Origin: a virus
Lineage: Duplodnaviria > Caudoviricetes
Virus record (IMG/VR): IMGVR_UViG_3300007734_000725
Location: 1 to 53,221 of that record
Length of the DNA stretch: 53,221 nt
Strand: one strand, 5' to 3'
Shown here piece after piece: positions 36,657 to 44,765 of this stretch. The notes under the pieces are model-generated. The model searched no databases. It was not told the origin of the DNA and was given only the letters and a program-made list of their open reading frames with translations. The translations under genes and the position numbers were made by a program. The number at the start of each line of letters is the position of its first letter. The first letter of the stretch is position 1.

Positions 36657-38069
36657 ATGGCAGTAACAATATCAGGCGACACAGGTATATCCCTTGCCAC
36701 AGGCGTAAGTGGCAACCTACCTGTTACAAATCTAAACTCAGGAACATCAGCATCATCTAGCACATTCTGGCGTGGTGATGGTTCATGGGCAACACCAGCA
36801 AGTGGTGCTTCTGCCGCTACGCCTACTGCGTTGGGTACTGTGTATGGAAATACTCCAACAGCATCTACTGCAAATATGTCAGTTGGTTATCAAGCGGCAA
36901 ATGCTTTAACTACTGCTTATGGAGTAACTGCGGTTGGTTATCAAGTATTAAAAGCCAACACAACAGGATTTTCTAATACAGCGATGGGTGAACAATCAAT
37001 GTTCACAAATATAGCTGGAAATTACAACGCTGGTTTTGGTGGATACACTTTATATTCAAACACAACTGGTCAATACAATGCGGGTCTTTCTTATAGCGCA
37101 TTGGCAACCAATACAACTGGTTCATATAACACGGCTGTTGGTGCGGCCGCACTTAACCTAAACACCACAGCATCTAACAATGTAGCTTTAGGTTATCAAG
37201 CACTTTATGCAAATACAACAGGTTCTTATAATGTTTGCGGTGGAAATCTTGCGCTTGTTGGTAATACTACGGGTAGTGAAAATACGGCTTTTGGTAATTC
37301 TTCAATGTATTCCAACACCACTGCTTCAAATAATGTAGCGTATGGTGCGGCATCTCTTTATACCAACAGTACAGGAACAAGCAATACGGCTATAGGCTAT
37401 GCGGCTTTGTATACCAATACTGGTAGTTACAACACGGCACTTGGATATCAGGCTTTAAATTCAAATACCTCAAATAATAACAACACGGGTATTGGAAATG
37501 AATCTTTAAAAACAGCAACTGGTGCATCAAATACAGGTTGTGGAGATAGGTCTGGGTATGGACTTACATCAGGCAGTTATAACTGTTTTTTTGGTCACTA
37601 TGCTTATGGTTCTGCCGCAGGGAATAGCAACGAAATTGTTATTGGATATAACTCAGTTGGCAAGGGCGGCTCTACTGGCTTTATTAACCCCGGTAGTGGC
37701 GGTGTATATCAAGGCAATAATGGGGCAACATGGTCTGTAACTTCTGACCAGCGTCTAAAGAAAAACATAGTTGATAACAATATTGGCTTGAGTGTAATTA
37801 ACTCAATTCGTGTTCGCAACTTTGAATATCGTGTTGCAGAAGAAGTTACAGAATTGCCAGCACATAGTGTTATATCAAAACAAGGTGTTCAACTTGGTGT
37901 GATTGCTCAAGAATTACAAGCAGTTTTGCCCGAGTGCGTAAAGACTGAATCTACTGGTGTGATGACTGTAGACCAAGACAATCTAACTTGGTACATGATT
38001 AACGCCATTAAAGAACTTAAAGCAGAAAACGATTCTCTTAAGGCACGACTTGATGCCGCTAATCTTTAA
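36657..38069 (+). CDS. second tail fibre/spike with peptidase S74 chaperone (paralogue of 33916)
   Basis: Same repeats and a near-identical [13 protein letters not shown]...[23 protein letters not shown] domain. Confidence 0.85.
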   Translation: MAVTISGDTGISLATGVSGNLPVTNLNSGTSASSSTFWRGDGSWATPASGASAATPTALGTVYGNTPTASTANMSVGYQAANALTTAYGVTAVGYQVLKANTTGFSNTAMGEQSMFTNIAGNYNAGFGGYTLYSNTTGQYNAGLSYSALATNTTGSYNTAVGAAALNLNTTASNNVALGYQALYANTTGSYNVCGGNLALVGNTTGSENTAFGNSSMYSNTTASNNVAYGAASLYTNSTGTSNTAIGYAALYTNTGSYNTALGYQALNSNTSNNNNTGIGNESLKTATGASNTGCGDRSGYGLTSGSYNCFFGHYAYGSAAGNSNEIVIGYNSVGKGGSTGFINPGSGGVYQGNNGATWSVTSDQRLKKNIVDNNIGLSVINSIRVRNFEYRVAEEVTELPAHSVISKQGVQLGVIAQELQAVLPECVKTESTGVMTVDQDNLTWYMINAIKELKAENDSLKARLDAANL

Positions 38070-38078
38070 AGGAAAATT

Positions 38079-38291
38079 ATGATTGATACACAAACCCCCG
38101 AACAAATTGCCAAGCACTACTCTGCCGCAATGGATAGCGTAAACCTAATCAATGATGGCAAGCCAGAAAACATGACTGATGCTGATTGGGCTGATTGCCT
38201 ATCACGCAACAAAGAACATTTGAAAATCATGTTGGCTAAAGACTATTGGACAAATGAGAATCTTGCACCATTGCAAGCCGCTTCTGTCTAG
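38079..38291 (+). CDS. small fibre-associated hypothetical protein
   Basis: EQIAKHYSAAMDSVNLIN...RNKEHLKIMLAKDYWT; AAAGGA RBS. Confidence 0.7.
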   Translation: MIDTQTPEQIAKHYSAAMDSVNLINDGKPENMTDADWADCLSRNKEHLKIMLAKDYWTNENLAPLQAASV

Positions 38292-38293
38292 TC

Positions 38294-38491
38294 ATGGAAG
38301 CAGACGTCGATAAAAGGCTTGCCGTGCACGAAGCCATTTGCGCGGAGCGATACAACAGCATAGAGAATTCTTTGCGTTCTGGGGATAGGCGCATGACCAA
38401 GATTGAGTACTTATTGTACGTAGTGATCTTGGCCGTGTTGCTTGGTCCCGGCGTCGCAGCAGAAGTCTTTAAAAAGATATTTGGAATATGA
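38294..38491 (+). CDS. small membrane protein (lysis region)
   Basis: RLAVHEAICAERY coiled segment plus a C-terminal TM helix. Confidence 0.65.
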   Translation: MEADVDKRLAVHEAICAERYNSIENSLRSGDRRMTKIEYLLYVVILAVLLGPGVAAEVFKKIFGI

Positions 38492-38492
38492 C

Positions 38493-38585
38493 ATGTGGGA
38501 CTGGGCTGAGGCAATCATTGCAGCGGCCGCAATTATCTGTTTTGTAATTGCCTGTTCTTACATAATTGTTTGGGCGTATCCGTGA
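38493..38585 (+). CDS. small membrane peptide (30 aa)
   Basis: Manual translation MWDWAEAIIAAAAIICFVIACSYIIVWAYP*; coupled to the next gene. Confidence 0.45.
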   Translation: MWDWAEAIIAAAAIICFVIACSYIIVWAYP

Positions 38586-38872
38586 AATGGCTGGCAGCAC
38601 TTGTTCTCACTCTTGCCCTTCACTCTACAAGCAAAGACTTGTGCAGCGTGCGTGAGTTTTATGGGATAGCCTACACAATTCACAACCCAACTGAGCGCCA
38701 TCAACAAATGTCAATGTGGCTTACAAATCATCTGCACTTATGTAAAAGTACCGACTTTGTAGTAATTTGGAATAACTTATCCGAGTGGGCGGGTGCTGCT
38801 GATAGCGCAGAGTTAAGGCATAAAGTCATTCAGGGGTACAAGAACGCAATTGAACGGGAGAAGAAAAAGTGA
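38582..38872 (+). CDS. secreted/periplasmic protein with signal peptide
   Basis: MKWLAALVLTLAL N-terminus; two Cys in the mature part. Confidence 0.6.
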   Translation: MKWLAALVLTLALHSTSKDLCSVREFYGIAYTIHNPTERHQQMSMWLTNHLHLCKSTDFVVIWNNLSEWAGAADSAELRHKVIQGYKNAIEREKKK

Positions 38873-39108
38873 TTCCGCCACTAAACAAATGGTATCCAAT
38901 GGTAGCGGCGGCAGACTACCCGACCAAAGCAGATGCTCTTGAGCGCAGGGCCGCGCGCCTTGACGAAGAATACAAGCAAGCGTTGAAGATGAAAAAAGAA
39001 ATAAACAAAATTCAAGACCTTGAGTTTGAGTTGTACGTTAAAAAAGCAGAACAAAACCAACTTAGCCTAGAGATTTTTACTAACCGTAAATTGGACCTGT
39101 ACGCATAA
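38869..39108 (+). CDS. hypothetical protein
   Basis: 79-aa ORF coupled on both sides. Confidence 0.55.
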   Translation: MIPPLNKWYPMVAAADYPTKADALERRAARLDEEYKQALKMKKEINKIQDLEFELYVKKAEQNQLSLEIFTNRKLDLYA

Positions 39109-39836
39109 TGGTTACAAAGAAACCCCCAGCAAAAGTGGCGCCTGTTAAACGGCGTACACCCAAGCCCAAAGCAGAGCAAACAATCAATGTGTCCGTTGCT
39201 GCGCCAGCGCCTGTAAAAGCTGAGGCCAAGAAAGACGACAGCGCTCTTGGAAAAGTCATAGGTTTGATTGAATGGGTTGATAACCCCTTTAAGTTGTTTA
39301 CCGTCATCCTGCTTTCGTTCCTTGCGTTTGCTGGATATTTTGCATGGGACTCACGTCAGGTCATTCTTCACGCCATCACCAACCAAGACAAGATGCCCCA
39401 GCTGGCCAAGCAAGAGAGCTTGCTTGCCCCAGCCCGTGGTTTGCTAAAAGATGTCGATGGTTTAGTTGTGCTGATTCACAAAGCCAATCTAGCAACCAAC
39501 AGCCGCACCACTGTGCTTGCGTTGAACGCCGACGGCTCACGAGAGAAAGCCATGGAGGGCACGGTGACGTCTCTCTTTAACGCCAGCGCAGACCGCAACG
39601 CCGCCATGGTGGCCATGCTAAACAACGAAATTCTCTGCGAAGAATTTAACCCGTCATCCAAGGTGGGTGAGTGGGGTGCAAAGCAAGGTGTCAAGTTCAT
39701 GTGCCGTGGATCTATCCCACCAGACTTAGGTAAGTTTGCAGGGTATATAGCGATCGGATTTAAGGAAAAGCCAGAAGATATTGCGGCTCTAAAAACACGC
39801 ATCAATTTGGCAGCAACTGATTTATCGGAGGAATAA
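39108..39836 (+). CDS. single-TM membrane protein with GAF-like C-terminal domain; candidate T4/T5-type holin
   Basis: One TM (FKLFTVILLSFLAFAGYFAW), then ~160-aa soluble domain ending VKFMCRGSIP...FAGYIAIGFKEKP. Confidence 0.55.
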   Translation: MVTKKPPAKVAPVKRRTPKPKAEQTINVSVAAPAPVKAEAKKDDSALGKVIGLIEWVDNPFKLFTVILLSFLAFAGYFAWDSRQVILHAITNQDKMPQLAKQESLLAPARGLLKDVDGLVVLIHKANLATNSRTTVLALNADGSREKAMEGTVTSLFNASADRNAAMVAMLNNEILCEEFNPSSKVGEWGAKQGVKFMCRGSIPPDLGKFAGYIAIGFKEKPEDIAALKTRINLAATDLSEE

Positions 39837-39838
39837 TT

Positions 39839-40333
39839 ATGTTTGATGTTTTAAGTGGTGGTATTCTGGGTTCCGTCTTTGGCGGTCTGTTTCGTATGGC
39901 CCCCGAGGTGCTCAAGTTTTTTGATAAGAAGAACGAGCGCCAACACGAACTGCTAATGTTCTCTCGCCAGTGCGAACTGGAAACGCTGCGTGGACAACAG
40001 AAGCTAGCTGAGATTGGCGCGCAGCGCGAAGCCGCTATTGACGTAGGTGTCATGGATGCGTTTCAGTCTGCCATAGAACAACAAGCCACAATGGTCAAAG
40101 CCGCTGGTGGTTGGGCCGCGTCTTTATCCGCATCAGTCAGGCCGGTCGTTACGTACTGGGTCCTGTTTGTGTGGAGCTTCATCCACGTGTGGTTTGCGTG
40201 GAACGCATGGATCACTGGCGCGCCTCCCGTAGAAGTGTTCAAGATAATGATGTCGCCAGACTTCTCGGCATTGCTGGCTGGAACAATTAACTTTTGGTTC
40301 CTTGATCGTACCTTGGCTAAGCGTGGGTTATGA
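39839..40333 (+). CDS. holin-like membrane protein (GTA 3TM-holin-like)
   Basis: WAASLSASVRPVVTY plus TM helices and INFWF..R end; directly upstream of the lysozyme. Confidence 0.6.
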   Translation: MFDVLSGGILGSVFGGLFRMAPEVLKFFDKKNERQHELLMFSRQCELETLRGQQKLAEIGAQREAAIDVGVMDAFQSAIEQQATMVKAAGGWAASLSASVRPVVTYWVLFVWSFIHVWFAWNAWITGAPPVEVFKIMMSPDFSALLAGTINFWFLDRTLAKRGL

Positions 40334-40779
40334 ACCTAGAACTAGCCGCTGCTTTGTGCCGTCAATTTGCGGGCTACCGCTCTAAGCCGTACCTATGTCC
40401 GGCCGGAGTGGCCACGATCGGCTACGGCTCAACGTACTACGCGGACAAGCGCAAGGTGACTTTAGAAGACGCGCCAATGGATGAGCCAACGGCACGAGCG
40501 CTGTTGATGATTGAGCTTGAGCACACGTACCTACCGGGTGTTTTGCGCAACTGCCCCGGCCTAATTACTGACGTTCGCAAGTGCAACGCGCTGGTGGACT
40601 TTGCCTACAATTTGGGGACCGGACGTCTCCAGACTTCTACCCTGAAGCGCAAGGTCAACGCCCAAGATTGGGAGGGCGCCAAAGAACAACTCATGCTTTG
40701 GACCAAAGGCGGCGGTAAAGTATTGCCCGGTCTTTTAAAACGCAGGCAAGCAGAATGCTTGTTGTTAAACGATTCTTGA
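40330..40779 (+). CDS. endolysin, GH24 phage lysozyme (catalytic Glu appears as Ala)
   Basis: PYLCPAGVATIGYG, ALVDFAYNLG, STL.RK.N, W.K.GGKVLPGL.KRR.AE; FAG where FEG is expected. Confidence 0.9.
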   Translation: MNLELAAALCRQFAGYRSKPYLCPAGVATIGYGSTYYADKRKVTLEDAPMDEPTARALLMIELEHTYLPGVLRNCPGLITDVRKCNALVDFAYNLGTGRLQTSTLKRKVNAQDWEGAKEQLMLWTKGGGKVLPGLLKRRQAECLLLNDS

Positions 40780-40787
40780 CGTAAAAT
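40759..40787 (+). promoter_or_regulatory. late promoter 3 (ejection-protein operon)
   Basis: TTGTTG-17 nt-TAAAAT. Confidence 0.5.
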
Positions 40788-40812
40788 CTTTGCGGGGCCC
40801 CTGCGCCCGCAA

Positions 40813-40840
40813 GAGGCCGCCTAGAGCGGCTTTCTCATTT
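40813..40840 (+). terminator. leader terminator-like hairpin
   Basis: GAGGCCGC-ctaga-GCGGCTTTCTCATTT. Confidence 0.5.
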
Positions 40841-40851
40841 GTGGAGCAAAT

Positions 40852-42051
40852 ATGGCTATAGCAAACAACCCGTTCGCTTTAAACACCACATCAGGGGCGA
40901 CCCTGCTTGGCGCAGCCACGGGCGCCATTGCCGCACCGCAGGCTACTGGCTACAACGCAGCGACCGCTGGCGCAGCCGGCTACACGGCCAAAGACGCTAA
41001 TCCTTTTGGATACAACGCCAGCACAATGACTGGCCAAGGATACGACGCCGGTTCGCGTACAGCGGCCGGGTATGACGCTTCTACAGCCCTTGGCACAGAC
41101 TGGACCGTTGGCAACAATCAAACAGTTCAAGGTCAAATAGGCGGCATCATTGCTGCCAACTCGCCTTTGCTTCAGCAAGCGCGTGCTAACTCTTTGGCCC
41201 AAATGAACCAACGCGGACTGGTCAATTCCAGCATGGCTTTGGGCGAAGGACAAAAAGCCGTTATCAATACTGCGCTGCCAATTGCCACGCAAGACGCGTC
41301 CACTTACGCCAACGCCGCTCAGGTTAACGCCAACGCCGCAAACCAGCGGGCGCAATTTAACGCTGGCCAAACTAATCAAGCCCTTGGTTTTACAGCCGGC
41401 GCTCAGAATCAAGCTGGCTCAGAAAATCTGGCTGCAGAAAATCAAGCTCTTGGTTTTACCGCAACAGCGGCCAATCAAGCTGCTTTACAAAATCAAGCCG
41501 CAGCAAATCAAGCTATGCAGTTTGGCGCAAACACTGCCAGCCAAACTTCTTTGGCTAATACCAATGCGGCCAATACGGCGGCCCAGTTTACAGCGGGCGC
41601 AACCAATCAAGCTGCGGCAACAAATGCCGCTGCTCAGAACGCTGCTGCTCAATTTACAGCGGCTAACCAGACCGACGTGTCTAAGCAATACGCCACTGCT
41701 TTGAACAGCACCGTTCAGAACATGATGGACCAATCGATGAAGTACGCGCTGTCCAATGCTGACGCGCAAACAAAGATTGAGCTGCAAAACATTGACGCTT
41801 CGACCCGCGCATCTTTGGCCCAGACTGAAGCCCTGTACAAAAATCAAATGCAGGCATCGGCCAGCACCAATGAGATTTTCCAGCAAGTGTCTAAGAACAT
41901 TGCTGACATCATGGCCAACCCCGATCTGGAAACCGCAGCAAAACAAACAGCCGTTGATTCACAGCAAACTTATTTGCAGAATTCGCTTAAGATTCTTAGC
42001 GCCACCTCTGGTATTAGCGGCTTAAAAGATCTGATAACTTGGTCGAAATGA
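40852..42051 (+). CDS. internal virion / DNA ejection protein
   Basis: A/N/Q-rich repeats (NxAAQFxAxxxNQA), MNQRGLVNSSMA, ALPIATQDA. Confidence 0.7.
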   Translation: MAIANNPFALNTTSGATLLGAATGAIAAPQATGYNAATAGAAGYTAKDANPFGYNASTMTGQGYDAGSRTAAGYDASTALGTDWTVGNNQTVQGQIGGIIAANSPLLQQARANSLAQMNQRGLVNSSMALGEGQKAVINTALPIATQDASTYANAAQVNANAANQRAQFNAGQTNQALGFTAGAQNQAGSENLAAENQALGFTATAANQAALQNQAAANQAMQFGANTASQTSLANTNAANTAAQFTAGATNQAAATNAAAQNAAAQFTAANQTDVSKQYATALNSTVQNMMDQSMKYALSNADAQTKIELQNIDASTRASLAQTEALYKNQMQASASTNEIFQQVSKNIADIMANPDLETAAKQTAVDSQQTYLQNSLKILSATSGISGLKDLITWSK

Positions 42052-42437
42052 CGCGTGAAGCCCTTCTCGAACCGATCATCTCTTCGGTCCGTAAGGGCAC
42101 GTCGCTGTCGCGCTACACGATTCTGGATTACTTTGCAGACTGGGATGTTCTCCCGTTTGATTTTGATGGGCAACACGTTTGGACCATGGTGGCCAAAGGG
42201 ACCGAAGTTCATTTTGCGCTTGCGCCCGGGTGGAAACCCAAGGCCAGCATGCGTGGGGCGGTCAGGTCTTTTCTTAAACCGGTGATTGAAAGACATGGGT
42301 TTTTGACTACGCGTGTAGCGCACGGGCGCGCGGCACAAAAAGAATTTGTAAAACGAATTGGCTTTAAGCCTACTTGGAAAGACGGGGACGTTGAGTATTA
42401 TCTGCTTGGCAGCCTACCCTTTGAGAGGAAAATATGA
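42048..42437 (+). CDS. GNAT-fold protein of podovirus ejection modules
   Basis: EVHF...LTTRV......KEFVKRIGFK pattern; position. Confidence 0.6.
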   Translation: MTREALLEPIISSVRKGTSLSRYTILDYFADWDVLPFDFDGQHVWTMVAKGTEVHFALAPGWKPKASMRGAVRSFLKPVIERHGFLTTRVAHGRAAQKEFVKRIGFKPTWKDGDVEYYLLGSLPFERKI

Positions 42438-43462
42438 TCAAGAAAATCTACATGTCTCGGGCTGAAACCCGGGCAATGGCAGCTGAGCATCCTATCGGCG
42501 ATCCCACCGGCGGCCCAGCCTACGGTGAGAAAAACGATCCGATCAGCGCGGCCATTTCAATTGGCACAATGTTTGCTACGGCCGAAGCCGGCTTTGCTGC
42601 TATGACGGTAATGCAAGGCATCACGTTTGCTGGCGCAGCGGTGAGCTTGGTTGGTAATATCACTGGCAACAAGAGCTTGATGAAGCTGGGTGCCATTGCT
42701 GGTATTGCTGGCGGCATAGGTGCTTTTGCTGAAAGCCAAGGCTTGTTTAGCTCCGGCAATCTTGGCGAATCTTTGGGTATGACCACCTCGATTCCTGACG
42801 AAGCCTTACGAGGTTCTGTGGCTGCCGGCGCTCAAACCCCTGTAGTTAACGGCGCTCAAACTAACCCCGTCGTCGACGCTGCTTCGGCGCCGTCTGTTGT
42901 AAATAATCAGCCCCTTAACGTCAACGCGCCCGGTGGTGGGGCCAATCCTCTTAACGCAGGCCCCGGCGGCTTTGCGTCAGAAAACGTGCAGGCTTTGACA
43001 CCGGCCCAACTTAACGCGCCTACGGCCAACACCTTTGGCCAGACACCCGGCCCAGCGGGCCCTAACGCTGTGGCCCCAGCGGGTCCCGGTTTTGTAGACT
43101 CTATCAAAGCCGGCAACTACGGCCAAGCCTTGAGCACCGCCGGCGGCAACGCCATGGACTTGTTGAAGAACAATCCAACTGGTGCCTACGTTGCAGCCCA
43201 AGCTGTTGGCGCTGTGGCCAACGTGCTCAGCGGCAAGACTGGTGCAGAGCTTGAGGCATTAAAAGCCAACACCGGATACGCCAACGCAAAGGCTTTGGAA
43301 GTGCAAGAAGCAATTGCCAAAGAACAACGGCGCCGTGCAAACCTTGCAAACGGTTACGCTAATGTCAAGATGGGTACCATGGCGGTAAATTCCAACGCTA
43401 ACATTACCCAGCCTTGGCAACAACAGGCTCCCGCTGGTTTGATTACCGGCGCACGCGGTTAA
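42434..43462 (+). CDS. internal virion / ejection protein with hydrophobic N-terminal segments
   Basis: G/A-rich hydrophobic stretches, then P/N/G-rich linker. Confidence 0.65.
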   Translation: MIKKIYMSRAETRAMAAEHPIGDPTGGPAYGEKNDPISAAISIGTMFATAEAGFAAMTVMQGITFAGAAVSLVGNITGNKSLMKLGAIAGIAGGIGAFAESQGLFSSGNLGESLGMTTSIPDEALRGSVAAGAQTPVVNGAQTNPVVDAASAPSVVNNQPLNVNAPGGGANPLNAGPGGFASENVQALTPAQLNAPTANTFGQTPGPAGPNAVAPAGPGFVDSIKAGNYGQALSTAGGNAMDLLKNNPTGAYVAAQAVGAVANVLSGKTGAELEALKANTGYANAKALEVQEAIAKEQRRRANLANGYANVKMGTMAVNSNANITQPWQQQAPAGLITGARG

Positions 43463-43472
43463 GGAGAACATT

Positions 43473-43973
43473 ATGGCAACAGGACTAATTCAAGACGAGA
43501 TGGGTCGCCCAGAAGGCGACGACTTAACCAAAGAATCGGTTGAGGAAAATATCAAAATGCCGCCTGAGTTACAGGAGGCTTACGAGCGCGTGGTCATTGC
43601 TGGCATGAAAGTGATGTTCTCTAAAGAAAGTCACAAAGTCATGCTTGAAGAATTGCAGCGTGAAGGCCCTATGGACCAGCGCCTTGGTAAAGGTATTGCT
43701 GGCTTGATGTTGCTTTTGTTTAAAGAATCAAATGAAACAATGCCCCCGGCCGTAATCATTCCAGCTGGTATGAAGTTGATGATGGAAGCCGTAGACTTCA
43801 TGCGTGAGACCGACCTTGGCCAACCAACCAATGCTGAGATTGGCGGCGGCATGCAAATTATGATCTCAACAATCTTAGAAAAGTTTGGCGTTGCGCCAGA
43901 CAAAATGGAACAGATGTTGAACCAGTACAGCAACGAAAACATTCCGGCTGCACCGCAGCAGATGGGAGCTTGA
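43473..43973 (+). CDS. hypothetical protein
   Basis: 166 aa, AAGGAG RBS. Confidence 0.7.
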   Translation: MATGLIQDEMGRPEGDDLTKESVEENIKMPPELQEAYERVVIAGMKVMFSKESHKVMLEELQREGPMDQRLGKGIAGLMLLLFKESNETMPPAVIIPAGMKLMMEAVDFMRETDLGQPTNAEIGGGMQIMISTILEKFGVAPDKMEQMLNQYSNENIPAAPQQMGA

Positions 43974-43974
43974 T

Positions 43975-44757
43975 ATGGGTATCGCTGGCTTGATTGCTGC
44001 CGCTGTAGGCGGGGCTGCTGAAGGCTACGGCAAGGGCGCCGACATGGAAATGAAAAAGCAAAGTGAGCTGGATCTAAGGAAACAGCTTATGGATGCTGAG
44101 ACTGAAAGGCAGTTGCGTGTTGACGAGATCAAACGCGGCCGCGACATTACTGAGGAAACTCGTAAGATGTCTCCAGAGTACATTGCTCAAACCGTTGCTG
44201 CTGATTTGGCAAAAACTCAAGGGGGTCTTGCAAACCGCAAAACGGTGGCTCCTCAAGCAGCTGAGGTCGCAACCTCCGAGTACACCGCTAACAAACCTTT
44301 GGATATAACCAAAGCAGCGGATGCCGTTACCGCCAAGATTACAGAAACAACCTCGCTTTCGGGAAACAAAGACTATCTCAAAGGCGAGGCAGCTTTGAAC
44401 GAAGCCAAAGGCGCAGCCGGTATCAAGGCCGCTCAGATCCGCGCAGACTCTATCAAGGATCGTGCGGTTTCAGGCGGCGGTGGTGCTGTCAAAGTGCGCA
44501 GCACATACACCGATGATTCAGGCCAGAAGATTGCAGTCTTGTCTGACGGTACTACCAAGGTCCTTGGCAAGGCAGCTGACTACGATAAGACCTTGTCCAA
44601 CTTGGTTACCAAGATGGCCAAAGATGATTACAAGTTTGCTAAATTGCCGGAGGCTGAAAAGCGCAAGCAAGCTGAAGAGCGCTTGCGTGGTCAGATCGTT
44701 GTGCCTAGCAGCGGTCGAGACTTGTCTAAATACGAACGCGACGCAACCGCAGACTAA
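43975..44757 (+). CDS. internal virion / ejection protein
   Basis: MGIAGLIAAAVGGAAEGYG N-terminus, then charged coiled coil. Confidence 0.65.
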   Translation: MGIAGLIAAAVGGAAEGYGKGADMEMKKQSELDLRKQLMDAETERQLRVDEIKRGRDITEETRKMSPEYIAQTVAADLAKTQGGLANRKTVAPQAAEVATSEYTANKPLDITKAADAVTAKITETTSLSGNKDYLKGEAALNEAKGAAGIKAAQIRADSIKDRAVSGGGGAVKVRSTYTDDSGQKIAVLSDGTTKVLGKAADYDKTLSNLVTKMAKDDYKFAKLPEAEKRKQAEERLRGQIVVPSSGRDLSKYERDATAD

Positions 44758-44765
44758 GGACCCAC

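Noticed and set aside
33916-38069. Diversity-generating retroelement (TR/VR pair)
   Set aside because: No reverse transcriptase; both copies are coding and the differences are mostly third-position, not adenine-specific
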